A stretch of DNA of 64,000 bases from Gemmatimonadales bacterium (GTDB lineage: Bacteria > Gemmatimonadota > Gemmatimonadetes > Gemmatimonadales > GWC2-71-9), in assembly GCA_041615815.1 (NCBI GenBank), contig JBFJCP010000004.1, forward strand, positions 96,001 through 160,000, given 5' to 3'. Positions within the stretch are counted from its first letter, which is position 1. Every line of letters begins with the position of its first letter. Below are positions 58,007 through 64,000 of this stretch, piece by piece. Position numbers and translations under genes: made by a program. The notes below the pieces were generated by a model, which had not been told where the DNA came from, did not search any database, and worked only from the letters and a program-made list of their open reading frames with translations.

Positions 58007-59920
58007 TTGAAACACTCAGTGATGCTGGCCATCGTGACCGTGGGGCTCACCGCGTGCGGTGAGCTGAAGGGCCACCGGGATTCGGAATCGTCAGCGCGGA
58101 CTGCGCTACCCACTCGGGTCTCGCCGGCAATAAGCGACGGTGCCACCCGCCGCGTGTGGTCGCCGCCCAGCCATATCGAGCCGCTGGCCGCGCCGTCGGC
58201 AGACGGCCGGCGCCTGCCGTTCATCGACTGGCAGACCGGTGATCTGGCGGTGTTCGAACTCGCCACCGGCGAGACGCGTCGCCTGACCGGAAGTCCTTGG
58301 CTCCATCAATTACACGACTATGCCGAAACGTCTGCGATATCGCCGGATGGGAGTCGGATCGCGTACACCTGGTGGTGCAACGACTGTGATCGCTACGAGC
58401 TGCGGGTGATCGAGGTCGACGACCCCCAAGACATGCGCGTGCTCGTCTCGAACGATCAGATCAAGTGGATGCGACCGTATCACTGGTCATGGACTGGCCA
58501 GCAGATCGCCGCCCTGTTCATGCGTCCCGACGGTTCGTTTCAGATCGCCGTCGTATCCGTGGCCGACGGGTCATTCCGAGTTCTCAAGTCTCTCGGCTGG
58601 CGCGAGCCTCAAGGGATGTTCTTCTCTGCGGATGGTCGCTTTATCGCCTATGACCTCGCGGAGGACGATTCGCCGGAGCGGGACGTGTACGTGCTGGCCA
58701 CCGATGGTAGTCGGGAGACGGTGGTCGTGGATCACGAGGCCGATGACTTCCTCCTCGGCTGGGCCCCGGACGGCGCGGCGGTTCTGTTCGGGAGCCATCG
58801 CGGTGGGACACCGAGCGCCTGGGTCGTTTCGGTGAGTGACGGCAAGCGCGTGGGACACCCACGGTTGGTGAGATCTGACATGTGGCGGGTCTTACCCCTC
58901 GGCTTCTCGAGGTCGGGCAGCTACTACTATGCCGTCGAGGCCGACCGACTCGAGGTGTACGTAGCGATGCTGGATGCCGGCGAAGGGATGGTGACAAGCG
59001 AGCCCACCGCGGTGGGTGAGCGCTATCATGTCGCCCGCAGCACGCCCTCCTGGTCTCCCGATGGGCAAAAACTTGCGTTCATCACGCAGCGGGGCCCGTT
59101 CTGGAGCCTCCGGTCGCGAGGCGTGGTGATTCGATCGGCGGTGACGGGTGAGTCCCGCGAGGTGGTCCCGGACCTCACGTATTTCAACTCTTTGCAGTGG
59201 GACCGGGACGGTCTCTCGATCTTCGTTAGAGGGCAGGATGCGAAGGGACGGGGTGGCATCTACCGCATCGATACGCAGACGGGCGAGGCCACGGCGGTCT
59301 TACTCGCCGAGCCCGAATCCAATATGTACGGCCACGCCGTGTCGAACGACGGCCGAATGCTCTACTACCATGTCAGGGGCTCGGTCACAGGAATCTTGAC
59401 ATACGAAATCGCCCGGGGTCGGAGCGCACCGTTGTACACGGCAGCCACGCCACGGACCGCGGACAGTCTCTGGGTCGCGTACGCGTTTCACCCATCCATG
59501 GCGCTTTCCCCCAACGGTAAGTGGCTCGCTCTGATCCCCTACTGGCGGAAAGCGGCCGTGCTCTTGCCGGTTGCGGGAGGAACGCCACGCACGGTCTTTT
59601 CTGCGCCGGAAGGAATGAAAGTGATCGGCGTGACCTGGACACCGAGCGGTGACTACCTCCTCGTCACGCTCTTCGATGGAACGGGTGATGGCCGCCGAGA
59701 GATTTGGCGTGTAGGTCAGGACGGAAGCGATCCTCGACAGATCGAGTTCCCCAACGCCGCATCGGGTGCGCAAGGCACTTACCCCGATGCGTGGAGTGCG
59801 CTCTCGGTGCACCCCGACGGACGCCAGATCGCCTTCACCGCCGGTGAGTCACGGCTCGAGGTGTGGGTGATGGAGGACTTCCTGCCGGAGACCCCGGCGT
59901 CCCCCGGCCCGACGCAGTAG
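58007..59920 (+). CDS. TolB-like (PD40) double beta-propeller lipoprotein
   Basis: Lipobox LTAC; repeated SPDG/SADG/WSPDG blade motifs. Confidence 0.85.
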   Translation: MKHSVMLAIVTVGLTACGELKGHRDSESSARTALPTRVSPAISDGATRRVWSPPSHIEPLAAPSADGRRLPFIDWQTGDLAVFELATGETRRLTGSPWLHQLHDYAETSAISPDGSRIAYTWWCNDCDRYELRVIEVDDPQDMRVLVSNDQIKWMRPYHWSWTGQQIAALFMRPDGSFQIAVVSVADGSFRVLKSLGWREPQGMFFSADGRFIAYDLAEDDSPERDVYVLATDGSRETVVVDHEADDFLLGWAPDGAAVLFGSHRGGTPSAWVVSVSDGKRVGHPRLVRSDMWRVLPLGFSRSGSYYYAVEADRLEVYVAMLDAGEGMVTSEPTAVGERYHVARSTPSWSPDGQKLAFITQRGPFWSLRSRGVVIRSAVTGESREVVPDLTYFNSLQWDRDGLSIFVRGQDAKGRGGIYRIDTQTGEATAVLLAEPESNMYGHAVSNDGRMLYYHVRGSVTGILTYEIARGRSAPLYTAATPRTADSLWVAYAFHPSMALSPNGKWLALIPYWRKAAVLLPVAGGTPRTVFSAPEGMKVIGVTWTPSGDYLLVTLFDGTGDGRREIWRVGQDGSDPRQIEFPNAASGAQGTYPDAWSALSVHPDGRQIAFTAGESRLEVWVMEDFLPETPASPGPTQ

Positions 59921-59932
59921 ACCACACCGGCC

Positions 59933-60964
59933 GTGTCTTCTCGAGTAGCTACACTCCTGGCGCTAGGCCTGGTCTCCGGATTGGGGAGTTCCCGATGCCA
60001 TCTGCTCGGGCAGGCGCGAATCGTCGCCACCGGGGACTTGTATCGACCGAGCGCGCCCCTGGGCCTCGACGAGTACTACCGGGTGCCTGAATCCAATCCG
60101 ATGACGCGCGCGAAGATCGAGCTCGGCAGGCAGCTATTCCACGATCCGCTGCTGTCGTTGGATCGCACTATAGCGTGTGCCTCGTGTCACAGTCCCGCAC
60201 ACGCCTTCAGCGACACGGTCCCGTTCTCTCGCGGCATTCGTGACCGCGCGCCGATCCGCAACACACCGAGCATTATGAACCGCGCCTACGGCAAGACGTT
60301 CTTCGCCGACGGCCGCACGGCATCATTGGAGGAGACCGTCCTCAGACCCATCGAGAACGGGCGAGAGATGAGTCTGGCGCTGACCGAGCTCGTACGCCGA
60401 TTGCGAAGCGACCCCGACTACGCCGGTCGCTTTGAGGCGGTGTACGATGACGGGGTCACCGAATCGAACATTGGTCGTGCGCTCGCCACCTACGTGCGCA
60501 CGCTTCGCTCTGGGGACTCACCGTTCGATCGCTTCATGGCAGGGGACACAGCCGCGCTTTCGCCCGAAGCGCGGGCCGGCTTCCGGCTGTTCATCGGGAA
60601 GGGGGGCTGCGTCTTCTGTCATCAAGGCCCTACCTTCACCGACGAGTCGTTTCACAACACGGGGGTGTCGTGGGGCTCGCCGGATCTCGGACGCCATACG
60701 GTTACTGGTGATGAGGCCGATCGCGGCAAATTCAAAACTCCCACGCTGCGCAACATCGAGCTCACGTCCCCGTACATGCACGACGGCAGCTTGGCCACGC
60801 TGGAGGAGGTCGTGGAGTTTTACGATCGGGGTGCCCAACCCAATCCCTACCTGGACGCAGAGATCCGGCCGCTGCGACTCAGCGCGATGGAGAAGGAAGC
60901 GCTGCTCACATTTCTGCGGAGCCTGCGCGGGTCACAGGTCGGGATTCCAGACTCTCTGCGGTGA
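59933..60964 (+). CDS. di-haem cytochrome c peroxidase/MauG family protein
   Basis: LGRQLF.DP.LS, CASCH, RNTPS, CVFCH, FKTPTLRN and PYMHDG motifs. Confidence 0.92.
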   Translation: MSSRVATLLALGLVSGLGSSRCHLLGQARIVATGDLYRPSAPLGLDEYYRVPESNPMTRAKIELGRQLFHDPLLSLDRTIACASCHSPAHAFSDTVPFSRGIRDRAPIRNTPSIMNRAYGKTFFADGRTASLEETVLRPIENGREMSLALTELVRRLRSDPDYAGRFEAVYDDGVTESNIGRALATYVRTLRSGDSPFDRFMAGDTAALSPEARAGFRLFIGKGGCVFCHQGPTFTDESFHNTGVSWGSPDLGRHTVTGDEADRGKFKTPTLRNIELTSPYMHDGSLATLEEVVEFYDRGAQPNPYLDAEIRPLRLSAMEKEALLTFLRSLRGSQVGIPDSLR

Positions 60965-60974
60965 CAACGGGGAG

Positions 60975-63900
60975 CTAGCCCGGCCCGTCCGACGTCGTTC
61001 GGCGCAACCGCCGCTCGCAGGCGTCGGCCGCCGCCGCGGCCTCGGTTGTTGCTTCCGCCAGATACTGCGTCCGCTGTTCGGGCGTCAGGCATGCCCGCAA
61101 GTTCGCGCGCACGTACTCGAGCAGCTCAGGAAACGTGACACGCCAGATCCGAGCCGTGCCGTCCACCGAGGCCGTGACGACTCGCTGACCGTCGGGGCTG
61201 AACGCTGCAGCGCGCACCGGGCCGGAGTGGCCACGAAGCGCGATTGGGTCTTCGGTCCCGTCGAGACGCCAAATCCAAACCGTACCATCGTCGCCTCCCG
61301 CCAGCACGCGGGAGCCACCGGGGCTGAACGCGACCGCGTTGACGTAGAAGTCATGGGCTCGCAGCACGATCGGACGCCCGCTCCCATCCACCGGCCGTAT
61401 GCGGACATCTTCCGATCCGATCGCGACCGTCTCTCCGTCGGGACTAAACACGGCGTCCTGGAGCTCGTAATTGCCGCGCAGAATCACCGCTGGGCTCCCC
61501 CGCTCGACAGCAGTGACTCTCGCCGTCTGATCCCACGAGGCACTGAGCACGCTTCTGCCATCCGGGCTGAATGCAACGCTCATGACCCAGTCTCTGTGCT
61601 CGGCGAGAACCTCGGGGTTCCCCGCACCGTTCGCGGGCCATGTGCGGACCAGGCCGTCCCGCCCGCCTGTCACGACGCGATCGCCGTTCGGGCTGAACGC
61701 CGCATCGTACACGACGGACGAATGGGCCAGGACAACTGGCTCTCTGGATCCTTCCATCTCCCAGACCCTCACGGTGCTGTCGCTCGACGCCGTGACCAGA
61801 CGGCGCCCATCACGACTGAATGCCACACTCCACACCCGATCCCCGTGCCCGCGCAGCAGGGTTGGCTCTCCCGAGCCGTCCGATGACCATATCCGGACGA
61901 ACCCGTCGCTGGACGCGGTGGCGATTCGCCGGCCGTCGGGACTGTACGCAATGCCGTTGACCCGTTCCCCGTGTGGAAGCACCAGCGCCTCGCCTTCCGT
62001 GTCGCTCAGCATCCAGGTCCGCAGCGATCGATCCCTGAACCCGCCAGTGATCTGGCTTCCGTCGGGACTCTCCCCGACTCCATTCCAACCCCACGGTCCC
62101 GTGAACACCGCCACGCGCCCACTCCCGTCGGCCTGCCAGACGCGAAGCTTGCCGTCAGCGGATTGGGTGAACACGCTCGAGCCATCGCTAGAGATCGAGG
62201 CGAGTGCGGTGGCAGGATGCCGCAGTGTGATCGGTTGGTCAGGACGGTCGAGGTGCCAGATCCTCACGGTGCTGTCCAGCGAGGAGGTCGTCACGAGCTG
62301 GCCATTGAACCGGGTGCCCCACATGCTCAGGCGCTCATGTCGCAGAAACAGCGGTTCACCGGTGCGGTCCCCCGAATAGACGTAGACCCCGCTCCGCCCG
62401 CTCACCGAAACCAGTGCGCCATCCGGACTCATACGGGCGTAGACCCAGCCGTCTGGAGGGCCGGGTAGCACGACTGGCGAGCCGGTGCCGTCCGCGCGCC
62501 AGATCCGCGCCGCTCCGTCCGTGCCGCCCGTCAGGATGCGGTCGCCATCGGAAAAGAATCGTCCACCGAGGAGACCGACTCCATCGATGCGGAGGACGAC
62601 CGGTTCGTCAGAGCCGTCGGCCGGCCATATCCAGATTGGGCCTCCCTGCTCCGTGCCGGCCGAGAGCCGCGTGCCGTCGGGGCTGAAACCCAGGGCTTCG
62701 ATTCGCAAGTCGGCCGTCAAGACAGTGGGATCGCTCCAATCATCCACAGGCCAGATCCACACGGTTCCCGCCGCGGTGCCCGCCGCGAACCGGCTGCCAT
62801 CCGGACTGAAGGCAATTCCGTCAACCTCGTCATCGTGCTGTAAGATCTGCGGCTCTCCCGTTCCGTCGGTTCGCCAGATGCGAGCGGTGCCATCCATCAG
62901 GCTCGCGGCCAGAAACCGGCCGTCTGGGCTGTACGCGAAGTCGTTCGCGTAATCAGGTGCATGCACGACCGATATCGGCATAGGATGGTTCGCCGCCTCC
63001 CGCAGCACGGCCATCTTGCCGGGCAGGGGCACGTCCGCAATCTCGTCGATCAGCAGGGCCTTGAGCAGCGGGTCCTGCGTTGTCGTGGCCGATGTGAGAA
63101 TCGCATGCGCCCGGGCCCGGTGTGCTTCGGCGCTGGCGCGCACGGCCTGCCAGGTCGCGAGCGACGCACCGACCAGGATCGCGACGGCGACCAAGGCGGC
63201 GGCAGCCACGGGACCGCGATGTTTCCTCGCGAACTTCCGCAGCCGATACGCGCGGCTCGGTGGGCGGGCGGCGATCGGCTCGTCCTGGAAATGTCGCTCG
63301 ATGTCGGCGGCGAACTCCGACGCGGACGCGTAGCGGCGGGCGCGATCTTTCTCCAGCGCCTTCATCGCGATCCAGTCCAGATCCCCCCGAACGAGCTTCG
63401 TGAGAGCAGCGGGCTCCGTCTGGTGCTGCTTCGCGACTTCGGTCAGGGCGTCGCCCAGAGTGCTGAGCCGGGTGGAAGGCTTGGGCGGTTCTTCCTCTCT
63501 GAGGATCCGCAGAATGTCGAGATAGGCTGCCGAACGGAGCGCCTTGGCCTCAAAGGGCGTTGTACCGGTAAGTAGCTCGTACAGCAACACCCCCAACGAG
63601 TAGATGTCACTGCGTGTATCGATGTCCAGGCCGCTCATCTCCGCCTGCTCAGGGCTCATGTAGGCCGGCGTGCCGATGAACTGACCGTACTCGGTGAACA
63701 AGGTTTTCTCGGTGAGCCGATGTGCCGTGGCCTTGGCCACCCCGAAATCGATCACCTTGGGTACCGGTCGGCCGTCGTGCAGGGTCACCATCACGTTCGA
63801 CGGCTTGAGGTCACGATGGATGATCCCTTTCTGATGGGCATGGTGCACGGCCTGACAGATATCGACGAAGAGCCGGAGTCGTTCGCCCGTGCTGAGTCGG

Positions 63901-64000
63901 TTCGTGTCGCAGTACTCCGTGATGGGTATTCCCTTCACCAGCTCCATCACGAAGTACGGTCGCCCGGTCTCGGTGGTTCCCGCGTCGAACACCTTGGCGA
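60975..64000 (-). CDS. Ser/Thr kinase with C-terminal WD40 repeats, 5'-truncated by the window edge
   Basis: [14 protein letters not shown] and [12 protein letters not shown] segment; more than ten AFSPDG...D.T.RIW repeats. Confidence 0.93.
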   Translation of the reverse strand, partial: AKVFDAGTTETGRPYFVMELVKGIPITEYCDTNRLSTGERLRLFVDICQAVHHAHQKGIIHRDLKPSNVMVTLHDGRPVPKVIDFGVAKATAHRLTEKTLFTEYGQFIGTPAYMSPEQAEMSGLDIDTRSDIYSLGVLLYELLTGTTPFEAKALRSAAYLDILRILREEEPPKPSTRLSTLGDALTEVAKQHQTEPAALTKLVRGDLDWIAMKALEKDRARRYASASEFAADIERHFQDEPIAARPPSRAYRLRKFARKHRGPVAAAALVAVAILVGASLATWQAVRASAEAHRARAHAILTSATTTQDPLLKALLIDEIADVPLPGKMAVLREAANHPMPISVVHAPDYANDFAYSPDGRFLAASLMDGTARIWRTDGTGEPQILQHDDEVDGIAFSPDGSRFAAGTAAGTVWIWPVDDWSDPTVLTADLRIEALGFSPDGTRLSAGTEQGGPIWIWPADGSDEPVVLRIDGVGLLGGRFFSDGDRILTGGTDGAARIWRADGTGSPVVLPGPPDGWVYARMSPDGALVSVSGRSGVYVYSGDRTGEPLFLRHERLSMWGTRFNGQLVTTSSLDSTVRIWHLDRPDQPITLRHPATALASISSDGSSVFTQSADGKLRVWQADGSGRVAVFTGPWGWNGVGESPDGSQITGGFRDRSLRTWMLSDTEGEALVLPHGERVNGIAYSPDGRRIATASSDGFVRIWSSDGSGEPTLLRGHGDRVWSVAFSRDGRRLVTASSDSTVRVWEMEGSREPVVLAHSSVVYDAAFSPNGDRVVTGGRDGLVRTWPANGAGNPEVLAEHRDWVMSVAFSPDGRSVLSASWDQTARVTAVERGSPAVILRGNYELQDAVFSPDGETVAIGSEDVRIRPVDGSGRPIVLRAHDFYVNAVAFSPGGSRVLAGGDDGTVWIWRLDGTEDPIALRGHSGPVRAAAFSPDGQRVVTASVDGTARIWRVTFPELLEYVRANLRACLTPEQRTQYLAEATTEAAAAADACERRLRRTTSDGPG

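Overview
GC-rich bacterial chromosomal segment with about 55 protein-coding genes. I recognised no rRNA, tRNA, CRISPR array, integrase or transposase. The gene content suggests Gemmatimonadota or a similar lineage; this is an inference from the expanded Hanks kinases, the ADOP-type permease, the M28/M1 peptidases and the DUF5916 protein. The window holds ABC permeases, a 1438-aa secreted protein with 12 tandem ~88-aa repeats and an atypical metallophosphoesterase domain, aceK, several peptidases, and an R2lox-ABM-DinB-aconitase X cluster. It also holds a B12 radical SAM enzyme with a STAS-like tail, two cold-shock genes that share a conserved leader, and a Lol-like export module. The strongest candidate for an undescribed system lies at 53.3-61.0 kb. 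A cytoplasmic receiver-Ser/Thr kinase fusion, an NtrC-type sigma54 activator with a closely related receiver domain, and one histidine kinase form an apparent operon. Two sigma54-like promoters flank it and share a GTAAC-N5-GTTAC enhancer-like motif. The second promoter precedes a beta-propeller lipoprotein and a MauG/BthA-like di-haem enzyme that lacks the bridging Trp. All family assignments come from motif recognition by eye; no database searches were run.
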